Origin: Schmidtea polychroa
Taxonomy: Eukaryota
Direction of reading: 5' to 3'
Length of the DNA: 64,000 nt
Assembly: GCA_044892525.1 (NCBI GenBank)
Contig: CM097885.1
Location: 51,338,001-51,402,000, forward strand
A program made the translations under genes and the position numbers. The notes below the pieces were generated by a model, which was not told the origin of the DNA, did no database searches, and saw only the letters and a list, made by a program, of their open reading frames with translations. Within the stretch, counting starts at the first letter, position 1; the number at the start of each line of letters is the position of its first letter. Positions 45,340 to 64,000 of the stretch are shown piece by piece.

Positions 45340-46770
45340 TTAGTACCAACAACCAGTAACTTACGAACATGTATTACCAACCAGATACCTACAACTAGTT
45401 ACTAACAACTAGTTACTAACAACTAGTTACTAACAACTAGTTACCTGATAGCAACCAAAAACAACCAACCAGGTACTAGATACCAAGTACTAACAACCAA
45501 GTAACTTACGAACATGTATTACCAACCAGATACCTACAACCAGTTACCTGATACCAAGTACCAACAACCAAAACATGCAACCAACTAGGTACCAAGTACT
45601 AACAACCAACTACTAAGTACTAACAACCAAAAACAACCAACCAGGTACTAGATACCAAGTACTAACAACCAAGTAACTTACCTAGTAATAAGCACTGTCA
45701 ACTAGTTACTAACAACCAGTTACCTGCTACCAAGTACTTACAACTAGTTACTAACAACCAAGTACAAGATACCTAGTACTTACAACTAGATACCACGTAC
45801 TAACTAACTCTCAACCCCCACCTACCCATTAACTAGTTACCAAGTACTTACAACTAGATATCACGTACTAACAACCGTCAACAACCAGGTACTAAGCCTT
45901 ATCAACCTACAACTAGTTACTAACAACCAGTTACCTGATACCAAGTAAATACAACCACCTAACAAGTACTAACAATCAAAAACAATCAACCAACTAGGTA
46001 CCAGATACCAACTAGCTACCAAGTACTAACAACCAACAACAACCAGGTACTAAGCATTAATTACCAACTACTAAGTACCTACAACCTACAACTAGATACT
46101 AACAACCAGTTACCTGATACCAAATACTTACAACTAGATACCAAGTACTATCAACCAAAAATCACCAACCAACTAGCTACCAGATACCAAGTACCTACAA
46201 CCAACTACCAAGTACTAACAACCAAAAACAATCAACCAACTAGCAACCACCTACCAAGCACTCAACCGTCAACAACCAGTTACTAAGCATTATCAACCAA
46301 CTAAATACTAAGTACTAACAACCAACCAGTTACCTGATACCAAGTACTTACAACTAGTTACTAACAACCAGATACCTACAACTAGTTACTAACAACCAGT
46401 TACCTGCTACTAAGTACCTACAACCAACTAGCTACCAACTACTAAGTACCTACAACCAACATCAACCAGGTACTAAGCATTAATTACCAACTACTAAGTA
46501 CCTACAACCAACTAACAACCACCTACCAAGTACTAAGCATTATCAACCAACTACTAAGTACCTACAACCAACTAGCTACCACCTACCAAGTACTAACAAC
46601 CAGTTACCAACTACTAAGCATTAATTACCTACAACTAGTTACTAACAACTAGCTACCAAGTACATACAACCAGACACTAAGCATTATCAACCAAGTACTA
46701 ACAACCAAGTACAAGATACCTAGTACTGTCAACTAGATACCAAACACTTACAACCAGATGACCACATGAA
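45340..46770 (+). repeat. Degenerate C/A-rich low-complexity repeat (ACTAACAACCAAGT-like) in E3
   Basis: Strong strand asymmetry; shorter, rearranged G/T-rich mirror at ~61160-62000. Confidence 0.85.
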
Positions 46771-47108
46771 ATTATTGGTTAAATATGAAAATAAGGGTTA
46801 TAATTAGTTGTTTAGTAAATTATGGTGTAAAATTAAGTAATAAAGCATAAATAGGTAAATTAAGGATAAGTAAATTAAAGTTAATTAAGGTCCAAATTTT
46901 AAAAATAAGTAATCAATGTTCTAAAAAATTAAATTAAAGTTAAATAAGTAAATTAAAGTAATAATTTTTAAAGAATTTAATTAAAGTAATAATTTTTAAA
47001 TAAGTAATGTAATAAGTAAATTAAAGTAAGATTTTTAATTTTATTATCAAAAGATTGAATAACCACCAACTTTTTTGAGAAATGTAATTTATAATGAAAA
47101 TTTAAATG

Positions 47109-47165
<57 letters not shown>

Positions 47166-47716
47166 TAATAATAATTCAACAGTTACCAACAATCGGTTAC
47201 TAATTATTTTTTAACTAGGTGCTAACAAATACTTACAACTAGATACCACGTACTAACTAACTCTCAAACAACCAGATACTTACAACTAACTACTAAATAT
47301 TCTTCACTGTATTTTATGAAATGCTTTTTAAATTAATATTTTTTATACAGCTTCTATAATAATTTTAATTACAATCAGTAGAAAAACCTTTTCAAAATGT
47401 CTAAATTTAACAAAAATGTTGATTTTCATCAAAAAACCACAACTCAACCACTTTAAAACACCACGTGGAATTCAAAATAATTACAATGAAAGACTAATGG
47501 ATTCTAATTTACAAAACATTCTTCTTTTAAATGATAACTACTGACTTATTATTGCAAAGTAAAAATCACATTCAATAAATACTTATTATTGATCAGTTTT
47601 ATTATATATACTCTGAGTTTATCCGACAGGATGTTTTGACCCCCTAAGGGTACAGGTCGTAAGGGTATTAGTCGTAAGGGTACTGGTCGTAAAGGTACTA
47701 GTCGTAGGGGTATTGG

Positions 47717-51262
<3,546 letters not shown>

Positions 51263-54200
51263 GGTATTGGTAACACTCAACCACAACCTACCCATTAACT
51301 AGCTACTAAGTACTAACCACTAGGTTTCAAACAACAACTACTAACAACCACCATCAAAACCCATCGAGAAATTAACAAATATCAACCTACAACTATATAA
51401 CAATCAGTAAACAACACTGTACCAACTACCAAATACAAGATACCAACAACTTAGTACCAACAATCAACTAACAACACATAAAAATAATAGCAATTAAATA
51501 CAAAATATTCTTCATCGCATACACTATTTTCTTATCAAAATCTAAAAAGTCAATCAGATACCAACTACCAAGTACCAAGTACTAACAACCAACTACCTAG
51601 AACCAACAACTATGTACTAACAAATTGATCTTTAAAAGCAAATACTCTTCACTTGAAAAATTGGATGAAAAATTATTTGAACTCAAGGCATCAATAACTT
51701 GGTAAAAATTGATTAAATAATTGTAAAAATTTAAATTATTCAAAATAAATATCATAAAAATTTAATTAATGGACAAGAAAAAATTCTAATCATCCAATAA
51801 ATAAAAAAAAATGCTGATCATTCAAGTTGAATCAACTAAGATAATAAATTAATAAGATAAGATCTAGTAGATAATTGATTAAGATTGAATAAATTAATTT
51901 AAATAAAATTAAATTTTATTATTTTTGTAAAAGTAATACATGTACTCAAATTGATTGACTGATTTCTCAATATATTCATTAAAAATCAGTATAAATTCAT
52001 TACAATTATCAAAGTCAGCAATCTACAATAAAAATAATTATCATAAAATTCCAAAAGAGACTAGATAACTAATGATAACATCTAATAAACCAGTAAATTT
52101 ATTTAAATGACAATAATTGGTATATCCTAGTGAATTCTCCAATTTCTCATTTCCTCCCAAATATATCAATATGTAAAGATTAGTATTGTAATGATAAATA
52201 CTTGTTAAAGATCATATATTTACCTCAAACTAACAAGATTCCTTAAAATCCCTTAAATGACTATATTTCTACCCTTAATTCATATTATTACAAATATTTC
52301 ACTAAAATCATCTAAAAAGCATCAAATTTCCCTGAAATAACTCTATCTTTTAAGATTGATATTTTAATGATAAGTACTTGTTAAAGATCATATATTCCCC
52401 TCAGACTAATAAGATTGCTTAAACTCCCCTTTAAATGACTATAATTCTAACTTTAATTCCTATTATCATACATGTTTCACTATTGATAAAACCGGTTATA
52501 ATTAACTTTTTGTTAATCACTGTACTCGAAATTTAAAATAAATATAACTGACTAGGTCCCATTAAAAGATTAAATTTATCCATTCAATAAAATATATTTC
52601 TTCAAATGATCATTTTTACCAATATTCAACCGATTTAATTACTAATTAAAATCAAGATTTCTTCCAATAAAGATCAATTTTATTTAGTCGATGTTTTAAG
52701 TCCATATTTCTAAACTTTTGTCATTCTCCGCCTAAATAAAGATAAAAATAAATTAAAGTTGATATCAATCCCAATTATCTGTAAAGATTTCATTGTCAAA
52801 ACCAAGTAAATCGATCATTATCCCTACTTAATAAAACATTGTTCTAAATTAATTTACTGTGCATTAATCACAACCTAATAAAACGATATAATTATTATTG
52901 ATTCATAACTGACTAATGTATTGCAATTTCCTTAAAAAACATTGATATTTTACCAACATCACCCTTAAAAAATCATATATTCTCATCGAAACCCTTCCCT
53001 CATTAAAAGAAACCGACTATATCTCCCTTACAATAATATATTCCCATCTTAACCCATCTCACATTAAATCTAACCGACTATATCCCCTTAAAAGATCATA
53101 TTTTCCCCATCTTAACCGATCTCTCATTAAATCTAACCAACAATATCCCATCTTAACCGATCTCTCATTAAATCTAACCGACTATATCCCTTTAAAAATC
53201 ATATATTCCCATCTCTCATTAAATCTAATCGATAATATCCCATCTTATCCGATCTCTCAGCAAATATTTCTACCCTTTTAAACATCTATCCGATTATATC
53301 CCTTAATTTCCCTAAAGATTCCACCCACTTGAACCCTTTAATATATATCAATCCTCTTAATATCCTTAGAGAACTTCAAAAAGTATGAATTTTCATAAAC
53401 TGTTAAAGACACCAGGCATTCTTCCATTGAAATAATTTAGAAGCTAAACAATAAGAGCCCACTAAAAGATCAAAATTTACTAAAATTTTCTACAAATATT
53501 TACCATCAAATACTGGAGATGATATATATTGATTGATCATAATTCTTCATCGATTCAACCAATCATTTTCAAGCAATAACAGCAAACTAAATTTCTGTAT
53601 ATCCTACAATAATTATCAAGTAAATTTAAAGTCATTGATAAATATTCTTAGAAAATTATTGAAAAAAATTATCTAGTCAAATATATTACAAAGTTATCAT
53701 CAAAAATTTATTCTATCACTTAATTATTAACCTAATTGTCAATGAAATTAATTTTTATTTAAAAACTATTCAATAAAATACAACTAATTATCAAGAAATT
53801 AACTAAATTTATCAATTAAATTTATCACCATTAAAACTTTTAATCAGTCAACATGAAATTCTTAGAAAATTATTCAATATCCTCATAAAAATTTATCCTA
53901 CCACTTCATTATTGTAAAATCTCTAATTATTAACCTCATTGAAAATAATTTTTATTTAAAATTAAAAAAAAAACAAGTCAATAAAAATACATCCAATTAT
54001 CAAGAAATTAATTAAATTTATCTTAGAATTAGCATTAAATTATTAAATATTCATTCAATAAACATGAAATTTGCAAAAATGTTAGAAATCCATGAAAATG
54101 ATAGATATCTACAAAAATTACGCATATTCACAAAAAAGTACGGAAATTCATGAAAATAATAGAAAATTACAAAAAATGATAGAAATTCATAAAAATGATA

Positions 54201-56032
54201 GAAATTTACTTGAATAAAACCATCAACTCTAAAAAATTATCAATACCTTAAACATCAAATTTGTCTAAATTCAAATAAAAACATTAAATACCTTTACGAC
54301 TAATACCCTTGCGACATGTTGAATGTGAGTAGTACCCTTGTGAGCAATACCCATAGGGGGACAGAATATTTTGTCGGATAAACTCAGAGTATATATTAAT
54401 TAACTCATTTATCATTGAATTAGTCAAATTATCGTAAATTTCGATAAAAAATCTAAAGTGGTAAGCAATGTAAAGAGAAATATTCTTTAAATTTTGATAA
54501 AATTAACAATGAAGGTGGTAAGAATCTTCATTAAAGTGAGGAAATTATTCATTACTCGATTCAAATGGGTGAAAATAATTGGTAGAATAATCCATTAATG
54601 GAGGTAGATAATGAGAAGTGGCATAGATAAGAAGAAGGTGGATAAGAATGGAAGTATATTAATTGAATTTATTTAAAATTATTTCATAAAATTCATAAAT
54701 TTAATAAAAAAAAAACTTTTAAAACAAATATTTGTGGGGATGTTTTAAGTGAATAATTAATAAAAATCGGCGGAATATAATTGATTAAATATCGGGGGGT
54801 GGGGGGTTATAAGTGAATAATTAGTGGAAAATAAAGGGGATATAAGTGAATAATTAATGGAGAATCGGGGGGAATATAGGAGATTAAATAGTGGGATAAT
54901 GAGAATCGGCGGAATATAATTGATTAAATATCGGGGGGTGGGGGTTATAAGTGAATAATTAGTGGAAAATAAAGGGGATATAAGTGAATAATTAATGGAG
55001 AATCGGGGGGAATATAGGAGATTAAATAGTGGGATAATGAGAATCGGTGGAATATAAGTGATAAGGATATGTAATTTAAACTATTTTATTACGTAACAAG
55101 CCACGACTAGTTTATTGCATAACAAGCCGTGACTAGTTTATAATTTTAATTTTAATTATATTTTAAAATTGTATATATTTTGAATATCATTCTATTGTTT
55201 AATTTCAATAATAAGTTTAAAAAATCTATAATAATTAATAAATTAATATCTTGTTAACATTTATTTGAGAATTTATAAAACTTTACTTAAAATTAGTGAA
55301 GTATTTAATTTTAATTGTATTTTATAAGACATATATTTGAGTATTAACTTATTTTGATTGAAGTATCACATTTAATATTGTGATGATTGTTTTCTAAATC
55401 GAAATATTTAGTGTAAAATAGTAAATTTAATAATAAATAGCTACAATATTAAAGGTCTTTTTTTAAAAAAAATATTTACTTTCTATTACCTAATTCCATC
55501 ATTAAGTTTAAAAAGTCTATAACTGTTAATAATTCAATTTTTTATTCACATTTTCTAATAAAACTTATATTTTTAAATTTAGTGTAAAGAATTTAATTTT
55601 AATTGTATTTTATAAGTCATTTATTTGAATATTTATCTTATTTTTATTGAAAGGAGTAATATAATTCATATTATGATATTCGTTTCGAAATATTTAGTGT
55701 AGAATCGTAAATTTAATAATATATAGCTATTATTGCAAGTACTTATACAACAAAAACATTTTTATTTCTAATGTTTTATTCAATAAATAAGTTTTAAAGT
55801 ATATAACTGGTAATAAATTAATTTCTTATTTAAATTTATTTAAAAAAGCTTTACTTATAAAATTTATATTTTCGAAGACTTATATTTGAATATTAACTTA
55901 TATTGATTGAAAAGGGTAATTGATTTAGAAATTATTTAGTGTAAATCAAAACATTTAAATTATTAAGGTATTAAAGTACCTATTCAAAAATTAAAAAAAA
56001 AAAAAGACCTAATCAATAATTTTCAATAAAAT

Positions 56033-59000
56033 ACTAGTCACGGCTTGTTATGTAATAAACTAGTCGTGGCTTGTTACGTAATAAAATAATTTAAATTACA
56101 TATCCTTCTCACTTATATTCCACCGATTCTCATTATCCCACTATTTAATCTCCTATATTCCCCCCGATTCTCCATTAATTATTCACTTATATCCCCTTTA
56201 TTTTCCACTAATTATTCACTTATAACCCCCACCCCCCGATATTTAATCAATTATATTCCGCCGATTTTTATTAATTATTCACTTAAAACATCCCCACAAA
56301 TATTTGTTTTAAAAGTTTTTTTTTTATTAAATTTATGAATTTTATGAAATAATTTTAAATAAATTCAATTAATATACTTCCATTCTTATCCACCTTCTTC
56401 TTATCTATGCCACTTCTCATTATCTACCTCCATTAATGGATTATTCTACCAATTATTTTCAACCATTTGAATCGAGTAATGAATAATTTCCTCACTTCAA
56501 TGAAGATTCTTACCACCTTCATTGTTAATTTTATCAAAATTTAAAGAATATTTCTCTTTACATTGCTTACCACTTTAGATTTTTTATCGAAATTTACGAT
56601 AATTTGACTAATTCAATGATAAATGAGTTAATTAATATATACTCTGAGTTTATCCGACAAAATATTCTGTCCCCCTATGGGTATTGCTCACAAAGGTACT
56701 ACTCACATTCAACATGTCGCAAGGGTATTAGTCGTAAAGGTATTTAATGTTTTTATTTGAATTTAGACAAATTTGATGTTTAAGGTATTGATAATTTTTT
56801 AGAGTTGATGGTTTTATTCAAGTAAATTTCTATCATTTTTATGAATTTCTATCATTTTTTGTAATTTTCTATTATTTTCATGAATTTCCGTACTTTTTTG
56901 TGAATATGCGTAATTTTTGTAGATATCTATCATTTTCATGGATTTCTAACATTTTTGCAAATTTCATGTTTATTGAATGAATATTTAATAATTTAATGCT
57001 AATTCTAAGATAAATTTAATTAATTTCTTGATAATTGGATGTATTTTTATTGACTTGTTTTTTTTTTAATTTTAAATAAAAATTATTTTCAATGAGGTTA
57101 ATAATTAGAGATTTTACAATAATGAAGTGGTAGGATAAATTTTTATGAGGATATTGAATAATTTTCTAAGAATTTCATGTTTATTGAATGAATATTTAAA
57201 GTTAGTTCTATGATAAATTTAATTAATTTCTTGATAATTAGTTGTATTTTATTGAATAGTTTTTAAATAAAAATTAATTTCATTGACAATTAGGTTAATA
57301 ATTAAGTGATTTTTGATGATAACTTTGTAATGTATTTGACTAAATAATGTTTTCAATATTTTTCTAAGAATATTTACTCATCGATGAACTTTAAAAAACA
57401 TAAGCTAAGAAACCAGTTAACTTACTTGAAAATGATTGTAGTTTGCTATTATTGCTTGAAAATGATTGGTTGAATCGATGAAGAATTATGATCAATCAAT
57501 ATATATCATCTCCAGTATTTGATGGTAAATATTTGTAGAAAATATTGATTTTTGATCTTTTAGTGAACTCTTACTACATAGCTACTAAATTATTTCAATG
57601 GAAGAATATTTGGTGTCTATAACAATTAAGTCATATTTTTGAAGTTCTTTAAAGATTTTAAGACTGAATTGAATTAAAGGAGGATTCAAGTGGGTAGAAT
57701 TGAAGGATATATTCGGTTAGATGTTTAAAAGGGTAGAAATATTTGCTGAGAGATCGGATAAGATGGGATATTGTCGGTTATTAAATTTAATGAGGGATGG
57801 GTTAAGATGGGAATATACGATTTTTAAAGGGATATAGTCGGTTAGATTTAATGAGAGATCGGTTAAGATGGGATATTGTTGGTTAGATTTAATGAGAGAT
57901 CGGTTAAGATGGGGAAAATATGATCTTTTAAGGGGATATAGTCGGTTAGATTTAATGTGAGATGGGTTAAGATGGGAATATATTATTGTGAGGGAGATAT
58001 AGTCGGTTGATTTTAATGAGGGAAGGGTTTCGATGGGAATATATGATTTTTTAAGGGTGATGTTGGTAAAATATCAATGTTTTTTAAGGAAATTGCAATA
58101 CATTAGTCAGTTATGAATCAATAATAATTATATCGTTTTATTAGGTTGTGATTAATCCATTGTATATTAATTTAGATTTATGTTTTAGAACAATGTTTTA
58201 TTAAGTAGGGATAATGATCGATTTACTTGGTTTTGACGATGAAAACTTTACAGATAATTGGGATTGATATCAACTTTAAATTATTTTTATCTTTATTTAG
58301 ACGGACAACGACAAAAGTTGAGAAATATTGATTTAAAACATCGACAACTAAATAAAATTGATCTTTATTGGAAGAAATCTTGATTTTAATTAGTAATTAA
58401 ATCGGTTGAATATCGGTAAAAATGATCATTTGAAGAAATATATTTTATTGAATGGATAAATTTAATCTTTCAATTAAATCTTTCAGTTATATTTATTTTA
58501 AATTTCGAGTACAATGATTTACAAAAATTTACAGTGATTAACAAAAATTTTATTATAACCGGTTTTGTCATTAGATTTTATAAATTCTTTAGGGTTAATG
58601 ATTTTACATGTTTTATAAGGAAATATTCGTGATAATAAGAATTAAAGTTAGAATTATAGTCATTTGAAGGGATTTTAAGCAATCTTATTAGTCAGAGGTA
58701 AATATATAACCTTTTAAGGATATTTATCGATAAAATACTAATCTTTAAAGATATAGTTATTTCAGGGAAATTTGATGCTTTTTAGATGATTTTAGTGAAA
58801 TATTTGTAATAATACGAATTAAGGGTAGAAATATAGTCATTTGAGGGATTTTAAGGAATCTTGTTAGTTCGAGGTGAATATATGATCTTTAACAAGTACT
58901 TATCGATAAGATACCAATCTTTAAATATTGATATATTTCAGGGAAAATGATTCTTTTTAGATGATTTTATTAGAGAATTCGCTTGAATATACCAATTATT

Positions 59001-60333
59001 TAAATGAATTTACTGGTTTGTTAGATGTTATCATTAGCTATCTAGTCTCTTTTGGAATTTAATGATAATTATTTTTATTGTAGATTGCTGACTTTGATAA
59101 TTTTAATGAATTCATATTGATTTTTTGAATATATTGAGGAATTAGTAAATAGATTTGAGTACATGTATTACTTTTAAAAAAATACTTAAAATTAATTTTA
59201 TTTCAAATAATTTATTCAATCTAAATCAATTATCTACTAGATCTTATCTTATTAATTTATTATCTTAGTTGATTCAACTTGAATGATCAGCATTTTTTTT
59301 TATTTATTGGATGATTAGAATTTTTTCTTGTCCATTAATTAAATTTTTATGATATTTATTTCGAATAATTTAAATTTTTTACAATAATTTAATCAATTTT
59401 TATCAAGTTATTGATGCCTTGAGTTCAATTAATTTTCCATCTAATTTTTCAAGTGATGAGTATTTGCTTTTAAAGATCAATTTGTTAGTACATAGTTGTT
59501 GGTTGTAAGTAGTTGGTTGACTTTTTAGATTTTGATAAGAAAATAGTGTATGTGATGAAGAGTATTTTGTATTTAATTGCTATTATTTTTATGTGTGGTT
59601 AGTTGATTGTTGGTACTAAGTTGTTGGTATCTTGTATTTGGTAGTTGGTACAGTGTTGTTTATTGATTGTTGTTATATAGTTGTAGGTTGATATTTGTTA
59701 ATTTCTCGATGGGTTTTGATGGTGGTTGTTAGTAGTTGGTATCAGGTAACTGGTTGTTAGTACTTAGTAGCTAGTTAATGGGTAGGTTGTGGTTGAGTGT
59801 TACCAATACCCCTACGACTAGTACCTTTACGACCAGTACCCTTGCGACCAGTACCCTTACGACCTGTACCCTTAGGGGGTCAAAACATCCTGTCGGATAA
59901 ACTCAGAGTATATATAATAAAACTGATCAACAATAAGTATTTATTGAATGCGATTTTTACATTGCAATAATAAGTTATCATTTTAAAGAAGAATGTTTTG
60001 TAAATTAGAATTCATTAGTCTTTCATTGTAATTATTTTGAATTCCACGTGGTGATGAGTTGTGGTTTTTTGATGAAAATCATCATTTTTGTTAAATTTAG
60101 ACATTTTGAAAAGGTTTTTCTAATGATTGTAATTAAATATATTTTTGTAGATAGATAAAAAATTAATTTAAAAAGCATTTCATAAAATACAGTGAAGAAT
60201 ATTTAGTAGTTAGTTGTAAGTATCTGGTTGTTTGAGAGTTAGTTAGTACGTGGTATCATGTTGAAAGTATTTGTTAGCACCTAGTTAAAAAATAATCAGT
60301 AACCGATTGTTGGTAACTGTTGAATTATTATTA

Positions 60334-60399
<66 letters not shown>

Positions 60400-63300
60400 C
60401 ATTTAAATTTCCATTTAAATTTTCATTATAAATTACATTTCTCAAAAAAGTTGGTGGTTATTCAATCTTTTGATAATAAATTTAAAAATCTTACTTTAAT
60501 TTACTTATTTAGCTTTAATTTAAAATTTGAACCATTGGATACTTAATTTTAAATTTTGAACCTTAATTTACTTATTTAAAATTTTTAACTTTAATTTACC
60601 TAATTATTCTTTATTTCTTAATTTTACACCATAATTTACTAACAACTAAATATAATCCTTATTTTCATATTTAACCAATAATTTCATGTGGTCATCTGGT
60701 TGTAAGTGTTTGGTATCTAGTTGACAGTACTAGGTATCTTGTACTTGGTTGTTAGTACTTGGTGGTTATTCAATCTTTTGATAATAAATTTAAAAATCTT
60801 ACTTTAATTTACTTATTTAGCTTTAATTTAAAATTTGAACCATTGGTTACTTAATTTAAAATTTGAACCTTAATTTACTTTTTTAAAAATTATTACTTTA
60901 ATTTACCTAATTATTCTTTATTTCTTAATTTTACACCATAATTTACTTAACAACTAAATATAATCCTTATTTTCATATTTAACCAATAATTTCATGTGGT
61001 CATTGATTAATTGACGAAGATTTGCATCTAAAATTAACATTGAATATCCCAGAAAACTTTCATCTTAAATTGACTTTAACTTTAATATTTTAGACCATTG
61101 ATTAGTTAATTTCAAAATTAAATATTAATTTACTTATTTAACCAATAATTTCATGTGGTCATCTGGTTGTCAGTGCTTGGTATCTAGTTGACAGTGCTTA
61201 GTACTAGGTATCTAGTTGTTAGCTGGTTGTTAGTACTTAGTATTTAGTTGGTTGATAATGCTTAGTACTTGGTTGTTGTCGGTTGTTAGTACTTGGTAGG
61301 TGGTTGTAGGTGCTTAGTAGTTGGTAACTGGTTGTTAGTACTTGGTATCTAGTACCTAGTTAGCTGGTTGTAGCTAGTTAATGGGTAGGTGGTTGTAGGT
61401 ACTTGGTAACTGGTTGTTAGTATCTAGTTGTAGGTACTTGGTAGGTGGTTGTTGAGTAGTTGGTATCAGGTAACTAGTTGTTAGTAACTAGTTGTAAGTA
61501 CTTGGTATCTGGTTGTTAGTTGTTATCTGGTTGTGAGTAGTTGGTATCAGGTTGTTAGCTGGTTGATAGTACTTGGTATCTGGTAATTATTTGTAGGTAC
61601 TTGGTTGTTTGAGAGTTATTTAGTACGTGGTATCTAGTTGTAGGTGGTTGTATGTACTTGATATCTAGTTGACAGGGCTTAGTACTTGTTATCTAGTTGT
61701 TAGTACTTGGTATATAATGCTTAGTATCTGGTTGATGTTGGTTGTAAGTACATAGTTGGTTGTAGGTACTTAGTAGTTGGTAACTGGTTGTTGGTATCTA
61801 GTTGTAGGTATCTGGTTGATGTTGGTTGTAAGTACTTGGTATCTAATTGACATGGCTTAGTACTTGGTTATTGTCGGTTGTTATTATTTGGTATCTTGTA
61901 CTTGGTATCAGGTAACTGGTTGTTAGTATCTAGTTGTAGGTATCTGGTTGCAAATACATGTTCGTAAGTTACTGGTTGTTGGTACTAAGTTGTTGGTTTG
62001 TTGTTGAATTATTATTAAAATTTGTCTTTGAAAAATATTTCATAAAAATTTTCATTAAAAATTATCTTAAAAATTTCCATCTAAAATTATCATTGAAAAA
62101 TATTTCTTAAAAATTTCCATTAAAAATTAACTTAAAAAATTATTCCATAAAAATTTCCATTAAAAATTACCATTGAAAAATATTTCATTAAAATTTTCAT
62201 TAAAAAATTTCAATTCTCAAACACCTTCTATTATTTCAACTTTTTGTTAATAAATTTTAAAATCTTACTTTAATTTACTTATTTAAAATTTTTTACCATT
62301 GATTACTTATTTAAAAAATTATTACTTTAATTTACTTATTTAACTTTAATTTTAATTTTTTACTTTGATTACTTAATTTTAAAATTTCGACCATTATTTA
62401 CTGTAATTTAATTTTTAAGAACCTTAATTTACTTTAATTTAAAAATTTGGACCATTATTTACTTTAATTCAAAAATTTGGACCATAATTTACTTTAATTT
62501 AAAAATTTGGACCATAATTTACTTTAATTTAATTTTTAGAACCATAATTTACTGTAATTTAATTTTTTAGGACCATTATTTACTTTAATTTAATTTTTAG
62601 GACCATAATTTACTGTAATTGAAAAATTTGAACCATAATTTACTGTAATTTTTAGGACCATTATTTACTGTAATTTAATTTTTAGAACCATTATTTACTT
62701 TAATTGAAAAATTTACCACGTTTTTTACTGTAGACCACCTATTTCTCAGGACCAAGGAGACCTACCTCACTATAGTCTGAAAAATCCTTGGCTTTTTTAG
62801 TGTAGACCAGCTTTTTGTATTGAAAATATCCTGAGACCTTAAATTACCATGCTTTTATATTGATAGTCGGATTTTTGTATTGAAAAAATTTTATTTGTAT
62901 TGAAAATTCCAGGACCATCGTTTTTGTATAGAAAAAATTTTATTTGTATTGAAAATCCCAGGACCATCGAGACCCCCTCACTATAGTATGAAAAATCCTT
63001 GGCTTTTTTAGTGGTAGTCGGATTTTTGTATTGAAAATATCCTGAGACCTTAAATTACCATGCTTTTTTAGTGTAGACCAGCTTTTTGTATTGAAAATCC
63101 CAGGACCATCGTTTTTGTATTGAAAAATTTTTTTTGTATTGAAAATCCCAGGACCATCGTTTTTGTATAGAAAAATTTTTTTTTGTATTGAAAATCCCAG
63201 GACCATCGAGACCCCCTTCACTATAGCGTGAATAATCCATGCTTTTTTATTGGTAGTCGGATTTTTGTATAGAAAAATTTTTTTTTGTATTGAAAATCCC

Positions 63301-64000
63301 AGGACCATCGTTTTTGTATAGAAAAATTTTTTTTGTATTGAAAATCCCAGGACCAAGAGACCCACCTCACTATAGTCTGAAAAATCCATGCTTTTTTTGT
63401 GAGACCGCCTTTTTGTATTGAAAAAATTTTATTTGTATTGAAAATCGCAGGACCATCGTTTTTGTATAGAAAAAATTTTTTTGTATTGAAAATCCCAGGA
63501 CCATCGTTTTTGTATAGAAAAAATTTTTTTGTATTGAAAATTCTAGGACCATCGTTTTTGTATAGAAAAATTTTTTTTGTATTGAAAATCCCAGGACCAT
63601 CGTTTTTGTATAGAAAAATTTTCTTTGTATTGAAAATCCCAGGACCATCGTTTTTGTATAGAAAAATTTTCTTTGTATTGAAAATCCCAGGACCATCGAG
63701 ACCCCCTCACTATAGTCTGAAAATTCCATGCTTTTTTAGTGAGACCGCCTTTTTGTATTGAAAATCCCAGGACCATCGTTTTTGTATAGAAAAAATTTTT
63801 TTGTATTGAAAATTCCAGGACCATCGTTTTTGAATAGAAAAATTTTTTTTGTATTGAAAATCCCAGGACCATCGTTTTTGTATAGAAAAATTTTTTTTGT
63901 ATTGAAAATCCCAGGACCATCGAGACCCCCTCACTATAGTCTGAAAATTCCATGCTTTTTTAGTGAGACCGCCTTTTTGTATTGAAAAAATTTTATTTGT
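56033..64000 (-). repeat. E3 right inverted arm (incomplete)
   Basis: Reverse complement of 43707-55137 minus the hAT; identity is patchy. Confidence 0.9.

Noticed and set aside
62940..63985. Repetitive ORFs (MVLGFSIQKKFFYTKT...)
   Set aside because: Stop-free readings of the 48-bp tandem repeat in several frames; no coding signal

Overview
Very AT-rich eukaryotic (probably invertebrate animal) genomic DNA, mostly transposable elements. About 45 of the 64 kb belong to three giant palindromic (fold-back) elements that all start with AGTAGG, like Polinton/Maverick termini. E1 (8555-21947, 6-bp TSD GATATA, ~6.3-kb arms) has no recognisable protein gene. E2 (24398-35674, 6-bp TSD GAAGAC, ~5-kb arms) encodes only a Polinton-type protein-primed family B DNA polymerase (pPolB): one copy with its 5' end and one 5'-truncated mirror copy. 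E3 (43707 to beyond 64000, ~8-kb arms) has no recognisable coding of its own, and a hAT transposon sits in its left arm only. None carries a recognisable integrase, packaging ATPase, adenoviral-type protease or capsid gene. E1 and E2 nevertheless interrupt older hAT and Penelope reading frames cleanly. The elements share cis motifs: a terminal motif, AP-1/CRE arrays, G/C tracts, and a repeated palindrome+TATA module in E1 and E3. My best reading is a helper/satellite family of snap-back Polinton derivatives. Also present: a near-intact ZMYM1-like hAT with its deletion derivative, several piggyBac/hAT/Tc1/MULE-like MITEs, a RING-finger ORF and microsatellites. All calls come from reading the sequence by eye; no searches were run.
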